Positions 16,421-31,100 of a stretch of 64,000 nucleotides of DNA are shown here, one piece after another. The position numbers and the translations under genes are program-made. The notes beneath the pieces were generated by a model. The model saw nothing but the letters and a program-made list of their open reading frames with translations, did not search any database and was not told the origin of the DNA. Numbering within the stretch: the stretch's first letter is position 1; the number at the start of each line of letters is the position of its first letter. This stretch comes from the human T2T-CHM13v2.0 reference genome, Homo sapiens: NCBI RefSeq assembly GCF_009914755.1, contig NC_060927.1, one strand, 5' to 3'.

Positions 16421-17394
16421 ATTCTACTCTCTCTCCATTCTGAACCCTAACGATTCCCCAACTAGATTTCAGCATTATTTTATCCTAATTTTATTTCCAC
16501 AGTGTCTCCTATCAGTGCATACTGCTACATTTTCCATCTATCATAGTAACATATTTCTAACATGTTTTTCATTTATCCTATATTAAACATCTAGTTGTTA
16601 CCACTACATCTCTTTTTCAGCAAAGTTTAGCTGTTTATTAGCTGTTCTATATTAACACTTAGCTGTTCTATATTTACATCTATACTTAGTATTCCAGTGG
16701 TTATTTAATAAAAACTACCTTTTTAATATACTACATACTCAAATGGATCAGTTTTTCTCCAAAAAGTAATCTTTCTTCTTTTTTAAAAAAAAAGTTTTTT
16801 GCTTTTTGTGTTCCTACCTAGGTATCTCCTTGTTCTCCTCTTATTTGTAGAAAAGACTTGGCTGACAGATCCTTCTTTCTATTAAAAAAAACAAGTAAGT
16901 AAATAAAATGGCAGGCCTCTCATAGCTGAGTTTAATAGTTCTATCAATTTCCCCAAGTTTCCTCTGATCACTTGTCAATGAGATGTTCACCTGGAGATAA
17001 GTTTTCTAAAATGCTTTGGTTAAAAATACATTAACAATCCTCCCAAATACCTCTAAATGAAAACAAACAAACAAACAAAAAAAGCAAAAACAAAAGCAAT
17101 TCTCAATAATAGACAGAAAAGGCACCCTCTTCACATTTGTTTCTAATTCCCTGCAAACAAAGAATCATCCTACGATAGCAAAACCCATTACAGAAAAAAT
17201 TATGCAGTCAGTGAAAAAAATCCCTGCCAAATCTTATTTACATTGTATTTGTACATGACCTGCCAGAAAGAAATTATATATATATATGCAAATACATATT
17301 AACTTTTTTTTGCTGTTTTATAGAGTATATTTATACAAAGCATTGGCAAAAATTCAGAAATTATTGTTTGAGTGGCACAGCATTATTTTATCTT

Positions 17395-17540
17395 AATTAT
17401 TACAGGTGCATAATAGTTGCATATTTATGGGGTACATGTGATATTTTGATACAGGCATATAATGTGTAATGATCAAATCAGAATACTTTGGCTATCCCCT
17501 CACCTCAAGCATTTACCACCATTTCTTTGTGTTAGGAAAT
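17395..17540 (-). mobile_element. L1MA-like 3' end fragment
   Basis: catatttatggggtacatgtgatattttgatacaggcatataatgtgtaatgatcaaatcag. Confidence 0.7.
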
Positions 17541-17675
17541 ATTAATAAAGCCAAAAACTACATGAACTAACAGTAATTATGTAACCAAATGCTATCTTCC
17601 TTGTGAGGATTACAGATTGTACTGCTGTTATGAAAAACATACTTTAGGCACACATTATAGGATCTTCATAGGTTA

Positions 17676-17831
<156 letters not shown>

Positions 17832-19017
17832 TCACATTTTACAACTCACTACAGTAATTGAGACCTCACTAAACCCGTGGGAATATTCTGGTTTACTTAT
17901 CTACACAAGACTAAACAAAGAGCTGTCGAAAAAATAGATGACTCAAATTGGTTGTATTACTGCCAAATGATGAACCTTCAAATGACAATTATTTCAACGC
18001 AAAAAAGTATATTGATGATTAAGAAAAATCATGCCATCAATAAAGTATTTCAATATTGAGAAAAACTTCCATAAAATGAACTTTATAATCCATGATTAAG
18101 ATTCTCTGACATTATCTAATCAACAAACTTCAACATCATCGATAAATCATTCCTGATTTATGACATCATCAGTGAGGAGATCAGCAAATTACATTCATCA
18201 AAATAATGACATACACAAAAAAAACAGATACAATCATTAAATCTGATTCTAATTTTCTAAAATAAATTGTGACAACTGGGAGCAAATATTTAAAACAAAA
18301 TCTTAATTTTTTTCTCCTATCCGGGATTGCTTTTTCATGAAAATTCTTACAAGCGACAACATTATTTATTGTGTTTTGGTTTCTCTTTAAAGAATAAATG
18401 GAATCAAAATAACCACTGCCCTAGTAAATATACAACTATTAGCTACCATTTTATAATGAAATATTACTTTCAATCCAACATAACACTTCTTTTTAGTAAA
18501 ATTAGATAGATTTAAGGAATTGTCTCAAAACACCTACATAAGCTACTACAGATAATGATTATTTTTAATAGGAAAAGGCATGTTGGAAAAATGCACAAAA
18601 GAAACAAGTGCATCAACAAATGCCAAAAGGGCTGGAACATTTTTTTTTAACTGAAGATTTAGAAGGACCTACACACTAAGAAAGCAAAACTAACATCTTT
18701 TCAATATTCTCTGAGTAACATCATTTGTTTCTCACTTGCCCTCTATTTATAAGAAAAGAATTCAGGTTTTGAGTATCCCCTAAGCAACAATCACCAAACA
18801 TGGCAATAATGCATTATAGGAATCAGTTAAAAATTATAGCAGATGAACCAATGTATCTATCTGTCAAATTTTGAAAGTAACTACAATAAAATATAAGTAA
18901 GTACAATATACAAAGAAATACTAAATTCAAACATTCAACAGTCAACCAAAAAAAATAATTTCCATGAAGATAAACATCAACATTCTTAGATTTTTTTCTA
19001 AGAAAAAGGTATTTCTT

Positions 19018-19281
19018 GGCCAGGCACGGTAGGTCATGCCTGTAATCTCAGCACTTTGGGAGGCCGAGGTGAGCATATCACTTGAGAGCAGCAGTTTGAG
19101 ACCAGCCTGGTCAACATGGTGAAACCTCATCTCTACTGAAAATACAAAAATTAGTCGGGTATGGTGGCACACACTTGTAATCCCAGCTACTTAAGAGGCT
19201 GAGATAGGAGAATCGCTTGAACTCGGGGGGCGGAGATGGTAGTGAGCCAAGATCACACGGCTGCACTCCAGCCTAGGTGAT
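19018..19281 (+). mobile_element. Alu (AluS-like) lacking its 3' end and A-tail
   Basis: ggccaggcacggt...ctgcactccagcctaggtga, then an abrupt end. Confidence 0.92.
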
Positions 19282-20713
19282 GAGGCCCTAGTAAATGTAT
19301 TTTAAGAATACTTTTTAAAATTAACTATTTAAAAAAGTTTTCATTTATAAAGTTTCAAACAGAGCTTAACTGATTATGAAAATTTAACATTATTCAGAGT
19401 AAATTTCAAAATAGGGAATACCACATTTTATTTTATAAGAACAAAGAGCTTTTTAAAGTCTATCTGTAATAAAATTACTCTATTTAAAGTTACATTTCTT
19501 AAATTTGTCTATATAAATCATAAGAATTAACTACAAGTTTCAGTTTTTACTGGATGGATTTTCACACTTACAATTCCAGTATAAAGTTAACAGCAAGGAT
19601 TTCATCATCCTTAATAGGAAAAGTAAAGTTGGCCAGACCCTTGAGTAGACAAAAATGTTACCAAATCCAATGACTCAGAAGGCAAAGCTTAATCATGTGT
19701 AGTCTGACCATGTCCAGCAATCCTATGCCAAATAAGAACTCCTACTGTTTCAGTACTATTGCTCTTTATAAATAACCTCAACCAAATCACAAATACATAA
19801 TTTTGTTAAAGAAAGGTCTGGTTAGTAATATTACACATGAACAGCTGTTTCCTCTAAGTTGCTATTCAGTATCATGACTATGATAAGAAAAAAATCTTAG
19901 TTGGAGAAAAAAAATAGTGTTGACATGTATCACCCACATGCTTTTTTTTAACCAATTCAAGAATTCAACCATCTCACCATTTATGAAGTATTACTGTTAG
20001 AAAATGTAACCTAAACTGGATACGTACTTTTCAGATTTCACTACCATTTATGCTACAAATTTACCAGAAATAAAGAGACAAAGATATGGTGACAGGAAAG
20101 AGATGTCAGCAATAAAATTCAGAACATGAGAAATTCTATAGGACAAATGATTTATGTAATCGATGGCAAAAGACAGAAAAGGGAAGGGAAATATATAGAA
20201 TATTAACATAAGAGACATTTCAAACAAATGTTAGTCACGGACCTGAGTTGGGACCTGATTTGTAAAAGCTATAAAAAAGCATTTGTGAGAAAATTAGAGA
20301 AATTTGAACACTAATTAGGTATTTGGTGATGTTGAGAAATTAGTTAATTTTTTAGCATGCTAATTTCATTTACTTTTTTTTAAAAAAGAGTCCTTATAAT
20401 TTAGAGACACATACTGAAGTAATACCCTATCAAATGATATCATGCCTGCAATCTGTTTTAAAGTTAATTGGGGTAGATAGATTAAAACAAGACTGGCCAT
20501 ATGTGATAAATACTGAAACTGCATTTTTTGTTATGTTTAAAAATCCCTATAATTACTATTTTTCCATCTATTCATTCACTTATTCAGTCAACACATATTT
20601 TCCAAGTCCCTCGTTCAGTTACTCATTGTTGCATACAAACACAAAATTCAGTGTTAAAAAACATAAAACTTTATTTTCGTATGGTTCAGCAATATGAGCT
20701 CAGCTGAATAGTT

Positions 20714-21530
20714 CTTTTTATTATTTATTTAAATTTCATTTTAGATTCAGAGGATACAGGAGCGTGTTTGTTACATAGGTATATTGCATATTGGTGGGGA
20801 TTTGGCTTCTAGTATATCCATTACCCACATAGTGAACACTGTACCCAACAGGTAACTTTTCAACCCTTTTCAACCCTCTCCCAACCTCCTGCTTTTTGGA
20901 GTCCCCAGTGTCTATTTTTTCCATCTTTATGTCCATGTGTACCCATTGTTTAGCTCCCACTTATAAGCGAGAACACGTGGCATTCGGTTTTCCAAGTTAG
21001 CTCACATAGGATAATGGCCTCCAGCTCCATTCATCCTGCTGCAAAGGACAGGATTTCATTTTTTTTTAATAGCTGTGTCATATCCCATCGTATATATATA
21101 TATCACATTTTCTTTATCCAGTCAACCACTGATGGACTTTTAGGTTGGTTCCATGACTTTGTTGTTGTGAATAGTGCTGCAATAAACTTATGAGTATAGG
21201 CGTCTTTTTTATGTAATGACTTCTTTCCCTTTGAGTAGATACCCAGTACTGCGATGGCTGAAGAGATACTTCTCAAACGAAGAAATACGAGTGGCCAAGA
21301 AATATATGAACAAATCCTCAACATCACTAATCATCAGAGAAGTGAAAATCAAAGCCACAATGAGATACCATTTCACACCAGTCAGAATGGCTATTGTTAA
21401 CAGGTCAAAAAACAACAGATGTTGGCATGGATGCAAAGAAAAGGGAACACTTACACATTGCTTGTGGGAATGTAAATTAGTTCAACCTCCATGGAAAATA
21501 GTATGGAAAGTTATCAAATAACTAAAAATA
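20714..21530 (-). mobile_element. Older L1 (L1PB-like) with 5' inversion at about 21260
   Basis: 3' UTR/ORF2 end on minus (ORF 21103..21327) abutting the preceding ORF2 segment on plus (ORF 21216..21521). Confidence 0.85.
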
Positions 21531-22429
21531 TAGAATTCCTATAAAGACAGAGTACAACTTTATGTAAAATCTCTAAACTTCCAATCAAAAGAAAGATAGA
21601 AAATTATGCAATGTAAATCTTTTAGCAGACTGACACATCTAAGGATAAGGAAAGATAAAATGTACAGAGTTCTTTAACCAAACAGTATTATAATTTAAAT
21701 AACTATAATTAATACCTTTTCCAATCCACCCTCCACAAGCCAAATGAATGATACAGTGAGATGACTAAGGAATGGTGCTTCAATAACAGGCACCTGCCAA
21801 CCACTAATACCACCAATCTATAACAGCAAAAGCTATCTCATTTTCTTCGTTTCAGCAAGATACCTGGCACCATGAGGTTAAAAAAACAAGCAAATGGAAG
21901 CTCATCAGTAGCCAAATGTAACCTCTATTGCCACCTTTGGACTCTATTAGATAACAGATCAATACAGTTTCCATGAATAAGAAACAGGTGATGCATCTAT
22001 ACAGTGTGGTAGATTTGAACAACAACTTACCAAATGAAAATCAGTGGCAGACTATGTAATCATCTTTACATAATCCTCCAAAATGCCTATCACTACAGTA
22101 AGATTTAATAAATATTTGTTAAATGGCTGTATATTTTGCTCTGTCTGAAAATTCAGATGAATTTCATAATTTCCCCAAAAATCAAGAAGTCAATTTGTTT
22201 AGAAAGGCCAAAACATGCTATGTCCTCAAAGCTCTAGAAGAAAAAAAAAATGCATTGTTGGAGTCATTTTTTTCTCCAAATAGCTGTTGATATCTGAACA
22301 CAATTTACCAATATTCAGTGGTGACACAATTTTTCTATTCAAAAACAAACCATGGTTTTAAAACAGAAAGTGTTTTTGCTAATATATCCTGTCACCAAAT
22401 GCTAAAGCAGCTTCTGAAGTCCATCTGAA

Positions 22430-22433
<4 letters not shown>

Positions 22434-22460
<27 letters not shown>

Positions 22461-22481
22461 TGAGACGGAGTCTCAGTGGCA
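22434..22481 (-). mobile_element. Ultra-short Alu 3' remnant with T28
   Basis: T28-gagacggagtctc-agtggca flanked by ctgaaatc repeats (22425-22432 / 22482-22489). Confidence 0.75.
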
Positions 22482-22754
22482 CTGAAATCAATTTTCTTAA
22501 TGAGGGCATCACAGTTAAATAACAGCACTAGCCCAGCTGCCTTTTATCCATATCTTCTCAAGTAACTTTAAACACAGTTCTTAATTTTAAACTGGCAACA
22601 ATAAAAAAAAATTATTGTGCCACAGAAGTAACTGTGAGTACACTGTTCTCATTCTACAACTAACTGATTTTATGACCAGACATGTCTTTTATCTGTAAAG
22701 ATTACTGTTTCTCAACTTTCTACTAAAGAAAAATGTTTTCGTAGTAAAAGCATA

Positions 22755-22970
22755 ATAGAGATGTTGAGAAACTTCTTCTGCAAAAGGTCAAATAGTAAAT
22801 ATTTCAGGCCTTATGGGCCACATACACTGTCTAATACAATTTGATTTTTTCCTTATTTTTTTACAACCTTTTAAAAATGTAAAAAACATTTGTAGTTGTC
22901 TGGCTGGCTGTGCAAAAACAGCCAAGGGCCAGAATTGGCCTAAGGGTCATAAGTTTGCTACTTATCCATA
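22755..22970. mobile_element. MER58B-like DNA transposon
   Basis: aaaaggtcaaatagtaaatatttcaggcc...caacccttttaaaaatgtaaaaaacatt-type interior. Confidence 0.6.
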
Positions 22971-22999
22971 TAGTTGGCCATATGGATCTGAAGGCAAAG

Positions 23000-24120
23000 T
23001 AAAGCTTAAATCCCAGCTCTATTATTTCTTCTTGGTTTTGACTTGGTCAGTTACTTAAACTCTGCGTCTCAACTGTAATATGTCTGTAATAGCATCTACC
23101 TGACAGTATTTCCATGAGAGTAAAATGAGTTAGTATATATAAAGCAGTCGACACAAACTCCTACATATGTGTTAGGCAGCATCTCACACATATATTCAAA
23201 GGATGCAAGTGCAAGATAGACTGTAGGTGATGTGCAAAACTCAGCGAGTTATAACTCCCATCCCTTTCTCTACCAGAGATGCTATCCAGATTGTTTTTAA
23301 AAATTATGGAAAAATAGTCGTGAAGCTGTTTATTCAAACAGTTTAGCAAGTAACTCTAGATACGCCTTCTCAAATCTTTACATTCCTCTCCATCTCCCAG
23401 CAAGCTATAATAACTCTAACTCAAGTTATAATCAGCACTAGCTCAGGTTTCTGCAATCGTCTCTTAGGCCAACTTTGTACACTCTAAACCTCTGTTTACA
23501 AAGCAGCTAGAGTGATCATTTCAAAACAGTTAGATATCTGACCATGTCACTTCATTGGTAAATACCCTCTTAGGATAGTAGAGAAACTCCATTACCACAA
23601 TGTGGTCCTAGGTTACTTCTCTCCTCTCCAATCTCATCCACTTTCTCTCTCCACTTTGTTCTCTCTTCTCCAACCACATTGGCCTGTATTTTTATTTTCT
23701 AATAATGCCTGCACCCTCCCATTCAAAGAGAAGAGCCTTTTCAAGACCATTATCTAATATTCCTCCCTGACATCTTGATGTGGCCACTGCCTAGGTAAAC
23801 CTGAGATTCTTACACATATGCTATTTCCTTAGAGAGACCCTCTCTGACCTACTAGAGTAGGCCAGTACCCATGTTTTCACTGCACTTTCTACCTTTCTTT
23901 CAGGGCACTCACCACAAATTGTAATTACATATTAATTTGCATAATCTCAAATTATGAATAATCTCAAATTATGTGAGATTAAAGTCTCTCTCTCCAATGA
24001 GACTGTAAGTTACAGAAAGGCAGAGAACATTCTTTTGCTCACAATTAGACCTCCAGAGCTTATCACAATATTAAGCACACAGTAGGTTCTTAAAAAACAT
24101 TTCAGAATGAGTGGACTCAG
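23000..24120. mobile_element. MIR followed by L2 fragments
   Basis: MIR core near 23030-23150; L2 motifs such as tgagactgtaag...aaaggcagagaac...gcacacagtagg. Confidence 0.55.
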
Positions 24121-24309
24121 GGGCAAGTAATATCATATGTCTTGCATGTAGGTGTGAATGAAATAATTTAACAAAATCCCTATGTAGTTAGCATAATCAT
24201 CTCAAATTCACAGGTGGTTAAACTCCAGTAAAGTAATCGACTTAGCCAAAGTCACCTAACAAATTACTAGTAGGGCCAGAAGTAGAACTTCAGAGTTATT
24301 CCTCAATGT

Positions 24310-24935
24310 CATGTGGCCTCCCCTGGTGACAACAGGTTAAGGGCTGAAGCAATCATTGAGTTTTATTATGTTCAGAAAAGAGATAGCAACTTAAGACTTC
24401 TATCCTTAGAAAGATCTGCTTGTAAGGTTGGTCCTTGGCAGGCATCTGAAAAGTTGGATTCCATATGGTTTCCAGATGGTCTTCCAATGGGAAGGGTTCC
24501 CATCATTCCTAGATAAGATGGCTCACTGTGGCTAAATTATACAAACAATGCGGTTTATGCTGAACACCTGCCTTCCTTCTGGGTGCTTGAAATTTTGGTA
24601 CAGAGGCTGCCTATGTGACCATTCTCCAGAAAAGTTATGGGCACTGAATCTCTAATGAGCTTCCATGGTAGGTAAACATTTCACACATGTTGTCACAACC
24701 AGTTAGTTGCTTGGAGAATTAAGCAGATCTTGTGTGACTTCACTGGAAAAGAACTGTTAGAAGCTTATTCCTGGTTTCCCTGGACCTCACCCATGTGTTT
24801 TTTCTCATTGCTGATTTTGCTTTGTATCCTTTCACAATAATAAGTCATAGACATGAGTACAACCATATGCTGAATCCTGTAGGTCCTCCTGGTGAATCAC
24901 TGAACCCGCAGGTGGTCTTGGGGATGTCCGACATA
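24310..24935 (+). mobile_element. ERV LTR, MER21-family-like
   Basis: ...gctgattttgctttgtatcctttc...tgagtacaaccatatgctgaatcctgtaggtcctcctggtgaatcactgaacc...gtggtcttgggga. Confidence 0.7.
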
Positions 24936-25729
24936 TTATCCTAGCTACAGTCAGAAAGTCTTATCTGAAAGAGGTACTATGGGGATAGTGCATTATGCTG
25001 TGTTCTGTACTCAGAGGCGAAGCTAGAGAGATATAAAAATGACTCCAAATGGATTCCAGAAAATAAGTATTTGGTACATAAAGTAATCATACCCTGCTCT
25101 TCCACTGACTGAAAGTCATTTCCTTTAATGTGAATTATGACCTCAGGGTCAGTCTAGCAAAGCCCACTTCTTTCATGAAGGAGGAAACCATAATCTAAAG
25201 AGAAAACAAGACTTATCCAGGATCCTGCAGTTAAGTGGTAACCAATCTAAGACAACTCGGGATTCACAGTTACTAAAAAACTTGGTTTTCCTAGGTTTCA
25301 TTGCACACAATTTTGTTGCTTTGTTAAGTACTGAGTCACCAAAAACTATGACGAACTGAAGGCACGAAGTCTAATTTTATTTTGTGGAATTGTTGAAGAG
25401 AATTAATTTTATTTTGCAGAACTGTTGAAAAAAATTCAAGACAAAAATTCCTCAAGAGTAATTCACGTCACAATTTCAACAAGAAAAAAAAAACCTAAAA
25501 AGGATGTGTCAAGAGACATCCAATGATTTCCTACCATTTTTGTAGAAAAAGAGGGGCAATGGTATGCTTAAAGAAAAAAGTCACTTCCAACCTCTAATGC
25601 TACATAGAGGGCATCTTCACACACACTAGCTTTCACATGGATGCCTGGGCTTCCACAGCCCACTCTGGACAATGAACAGACAAACCACAAATTAAGAGAA
25701 GTGCTGAAAAGTGGAGGGTAGTATGCAGA

Positions 25730-25840
25730 ATGACTCACCATCCCAGTATGCCCAGGGCTGAGGAGATTCCAGAAATACAGGGCTTTCAGTTTTAAAACTG
25801 GAAAAGTCCTAGGCAAACTGGAATGAGTTGGTCACCATAG
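25730..25840. mobile_element. hAT-Blackjack-type MITE (MER81/MER94-like)
   Basis: ...gaaaagtcctaggcaaactggaatgagttggtcacc terminus. Confidence 0.5.
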
Positions 25841-26448
25841 CAGTATGTGCAGTGGGATGGAGAGGGCAAGTATCGCCAGTTATTTACAGAAAGGCTGTAA
25901 GACAAATGGTCCTGGATAGGAGTCATGAAGTTAAAAATAAACTCTTCTAGAACCATAAGGTCCAATACTAACTAGATACCAAATGTAGAAGGATAGATCA
26001 AGACTTCCAGAGATAATAGATATGTGAAAGACCAAGGTGCACCGAGACCATCCCCATCCTTTATAGATACTTCAAACCAAACCATGATATATCTTTATCA
26101 TTCTTTTCAAATAAAAATTTTATACATGCCAACATTAAGAACTTTTTTTTTTAGGTTTCCTGATCATCCCTTTGGATACTCATTTTTTCCAGTGATATAC
26201 CCACATGTGTGCTTTGGTCTGTTAGGTAACCCAATAGTGAATGTTTGACAAATTTCAAGACAGAACTCAAAGGAATATTATGATCAAGAATTTCTAGTAG
26301 CTAGTAACTTTCAAAATGCTATGAAAGCTTCAAGACATTTTTTAAAACATACAGATTATACTGCAAAAAAAATCAAAATTTGTATATTTATGGTCAATAA
26401 AACTTGAATAAATATTAGACAAAGATTTGAATTTTAAAATAAAAGCCT

Positions 26449-26801
<353 letters not shown>

Positions 26802-29800
26802 CTATAACCATGTTATAGCAACAACTGATCAAGAAAATTATGAGAAAACCTTGAAATAAATACAGTGACATTTAAATAAATTTACATTCTCACAATCTCA
26901 AAAGTATCCATATACTTCAGAAAGTCATTAATACATACATATGAACCATATAATTTTTCCAATCTGTACAAAAAAACACTTTACTTAGAACTGCTTGCAA
27001 TAACTCCCTTCAGTAAATCCCACAGGCCCTCATCACCCCTATACCTCTCTACTTCTGCGTCTCAACAATTGTCCATGACCTAAAAGGTAAGAACTCAACC
27101 TAAACATGATAAGCAGTTAAAAAAGGTGGGAGCTGCTCCTCCACATGTATGCCAATCCCTTCCCAGAAACAGAGAGATGAAATGAAAGGGCTGGATTGCA
27201 GCCAAGGACTATACACTGAGTTTCAGCAAATTCTTTCCAGAGTTCAGAAGGGAAAAGTAAAATTCAAACAGCAAAGAATGATCACACAGGGCGGGGAGGA
27301 GGTTCAATCAGAGTAAAACTTGACTTTAAAAAGTTGGGGGAAAAAAGTGTGTTATGGGCCTTACTTGAATACAAACTCAAAAATGAGCCAAAATGTGAGA
27401 TGGCTGACCAAACCAAACAAACAAAAACAAAAGCTATCTTAACAAGAGAAGTGATGATTACACTGTAATCTGTATAGCCCATCTGTGGAAAATTATAAGA
27501 GCTTGGGATGCTAAATTAAGGAGAATTTTGACAAATAAGGAGTTTAACCAGTAGGTTCAGGGGTCTAGCAATCACATCATTACTGAATAGTTGAGGGATT
27601 GAGAATTTTTCTACATGAAAAAAAGAAGAAAGATTCACTATCTCCCCACCAACTCATTACATTTGAAGAGAAAACAATACTAGATTTTCTCTATATGATT
27701 TTAGTGGAAAGAACTGGCTGGGGTGGAAATAGAGAAGGGAATTAATGAGGAGTGCGGATTACATATCAATACAAAGTACAATAAACAATATCCAAAATGA
27801 AAAGATTATCTTGGAAAAGCAGTATGTTTCCTATCTTTATAAAAATTAAAACAAAGAGTATAGGACCATTTTCCAGAATTTATGACTTGGAAAACACATT
27901 TGATCCCTTCAAATGTTATAAAAATGTATATACTAGATATAATTTTAATGTCAAAGGAAAATGGATCTGCCCCTTCACAAATAGAGCGGACTTTAATCTG
28001 CTGAATTCCAAGGGTTCAAAGGTTTCAGCAACCTCCACAAATGAATGAGAAACCTTCTTTGAGTGGGATGGGGTAACCCATCTGCTAGCCAAATGCTTTA
28101 TTAGAGAATATGAACTGCCTGCCAGAAATCTGATACCAAGGTTATGTAGCTTGCTGAAACACATATGATCTGTTACTGTTTATTTCATATTTTACACAGA
28201 CACTAAAAATATTTTCAATGCTTATATGAAAAGGGGATCAATAGTAAAGTCAGGAACCAGGACAAACCAGCACAGGCTGAGGTAATACATTCCTGCCAAT
28301 TCGCATATGAATAAGGAGAGTTGCCCTGGAGCAGAAAGCTTGAGTTAGGCTTATGCTTAGGCAAGCCATGCTCTAAGAGAAAGTTGTAAGGGTGAGGTGC
28401 CTGAATCAAGATAACATTTTATTCTTCATAACGGAAAATAAACAGCCTTTATGTACAAGTCTGCCGAAATTAAAGCAATGAAAATAAATGGATGAGTTAC
28501 ACAAAATTAAAAGCAGACCTGATAAAGCGTGGTGTGACTGAAACAGGAACAAAAATGGACAGAAGTCATAACTTTCATTTACCATCTTCAATTATAGTGA
28601 AATATTTGCTTACTTTACTCCACATTGCCATGAACACATAATAACATGATTTTTATAGTTGATTTTATATCTTCCATTGCATCTACCTTGCATAAAATGA
28701 ATACATTTAAATTGAGGAGCAGCCCATCCTCATACTGTCTTGAAAGTTTTATAGCATCAGTTTTGGCAGCTCAGAATCCTCCCCTAACAAGTTGCTGAAG
28801 TTCTCCACATTGTTCTACGAGTTGAAGTTGCTATATAAGATATTACTAGAAAATTGAATCTGTATATTATGTATTTTCAGTACATAAAATTAAATGATGA
28901 TTTGATGAAGACAACTACAAATATCATCTTCTATGGAATTACCACAAGACTCCAAAAAAGTTTATTATTCACTCTGTGTTGAAAACTGTCATAAATTCTC
29001 ATCTTTATGTAAGGAGGTATCTTTTTATGGAGTATATCCCAGAAAATACAAGAAACATTCTAGCATTCACCGTGCCAAGTTGGAGATCTAAAAAATATAT
29101 TTATATATGTGACTGATCTTTCCTTATTTGTAATTTAAATTTTGGACTAGGTGACGTAGAAAGTGATAATCTTTACCAGATATTTAACTGACTTCCCTTC
29201 AGAAAATATCAATAAAACTGGTTCTGATGTATGCTTTAAGAGATATTTTAATGCATGCACAAGTGGATACTTCTCATACACGTGCATACTCTCTATTCCA
29301 CTCGGCATCTTTTTAAAATTTTTGTATTTCTTCGAGATATTTCCAAATAGAGTACAGACATATAATATTCTGTTGTATGAATGAACCATTATTTAACCAG
29401 CATGCTGGTAAAAATTTAAGCTGTTTCCATTGCACTGCTGTCCAAAAAAAAAAATTAAATATCAAAAAACTGCAATTGATAAAGATGGTCACAAGTAATT
29501 TCTTACATGTAAGATTGTATCTCTACAATAAATTCCAAGTAAACCTTGTGGGTTGAACATTTTCTCCCCACTTACCATTTATCTTTGAACTTTGTTTTGA
29601 TTGTATGATTTTTTTTCCAGATAGAATTTTTATTTTTCTATGACTTTTTAAAATCGGCCATTAATTCTTACATCTTCTGGGTTTTGTTTCTCACACTTCA
29701 GAAATGCCTTCTACATGTTGCAATTATAAAATAATTATTCATATTTTCTTCCAGTACTTTTATAGTTTCATTTTTTACACTGATATCTTGTCATATGCAT

Positions 29801-29853
29801 AGTGCTGAATAAATGAAATACTGAACCTGATGAGACTTTACCAATTCATATTA

Positions 29854-30562
29854 CAGGTTGAGCATTCCTAGCCCAGAAATCCAAAATTCAAACTAAAACT
29901 TTTTGAGTGCTGAAAGACCACAAGTGTAAAATTCTACACCTGACCTAATGTGAGGAGGACAGCGAAAACTTTACTTCTTGCATAAAATTATTTAAAACAT
30001 TATATAATATTGCATTATATGTAAAAGGTATATATGAAACATACACGAATTTCATGTTGAGACTTGGGTCCCATCCCCAAGATATCTCATTATGTGTATA
30101 TAAATACAGTAATGTGCCACATGATGTTCCCATCAATGATGAGCCACATATACAACACTGGTCCCATAATATTACAATGGAGCTGAAAAATTCCTGTCAT
30201 CTAGTGATATAGTAGCAGTCATAGCACAATGGGTTGCCTTTTTTATGTTTAGATATATTTAGATACACAAATACCATTGTGTGACAACTACCTAAATATT
30301 CGGTACAGTAACATTCCTTACAGGTTTGTAGTGTAGAAACAGTAGTGTAAACTATATTGTCTAGGTGTGGTAAGCTACACCATCTAGGTTTACATAGGTA
30401 CACTCTATGATGTTTCTACAATGACGAAATTGCCTAATGACTCAATTCTCAGAAGGTATCTTTGTCGTTATGCAACAGATGATTGTATTCCAAAATCTGT
30501 AAAAACTGGAAATCTGAAACACTTCTGGTCCCAAGCATTTTGCATAAGGGATATCCAACCTG
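29854..30562. mobile_element. Tigger4-like element with a nested Tigger3-like element (30106-30485)
   Basis: TA|caggttgagcatt...atatccaacctg|TA outer ends; inner TA|cagtaatgtgccac...cagatgattg|TA. Confidence 0.75.
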
Positions 30563-30907
30563 TATTCCAAACAATGAAGTTCTTTGGTTCCATTCTGAAT
30601 TACCAAACTTATGATGAACTGACATGTTAATGCTTTAATGAGAAATACTATTTATTTCAACTATGATTCCAAGATGACCTGCGATTTTTTAAAAAAGATG
30701 GAATTGACTAAAAGGTATTTTCCATATATCAAAGCATAAAAATTCTGAAAATAACAGGAATACAGCTCCATAATGTTGCTTCTAAATAATTGGCTTTATA
30801 GCACCATTTTGATGCAGTAAGAAGCTCTATCTGCCACATTCACAAAAACTCTCCTAAGACGTAATGACCTCTGATTCAATTAGCTCCCACTGTTTAAGTG
30901 TGATACT

Positions 30908-31100
30908 CCCACCTCAGCCTCCTGAGTAGCTGGGACTACAGGTGCTCACCACCAAACCCCGCTAATAAATTTGTATTTCTGGTAGACATAGGGTTTTACT
31001 ATGTTGGTCAGGCTGGTCTATAACTCCTGGTCTCAAGTGATCTGCCTGCCTTGGGCTCCCCAAGTGCTGGGATTACAGACATGAGCCACAGCACTGGCCC
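30908..31100 (-). mobile_element. Partial Alu (left arm plus part of right arm)
   Basis: cctcagcctcctgagtagctgggactacagg...gtgctgggattacagacatgagccac. Confidence 0.88.
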
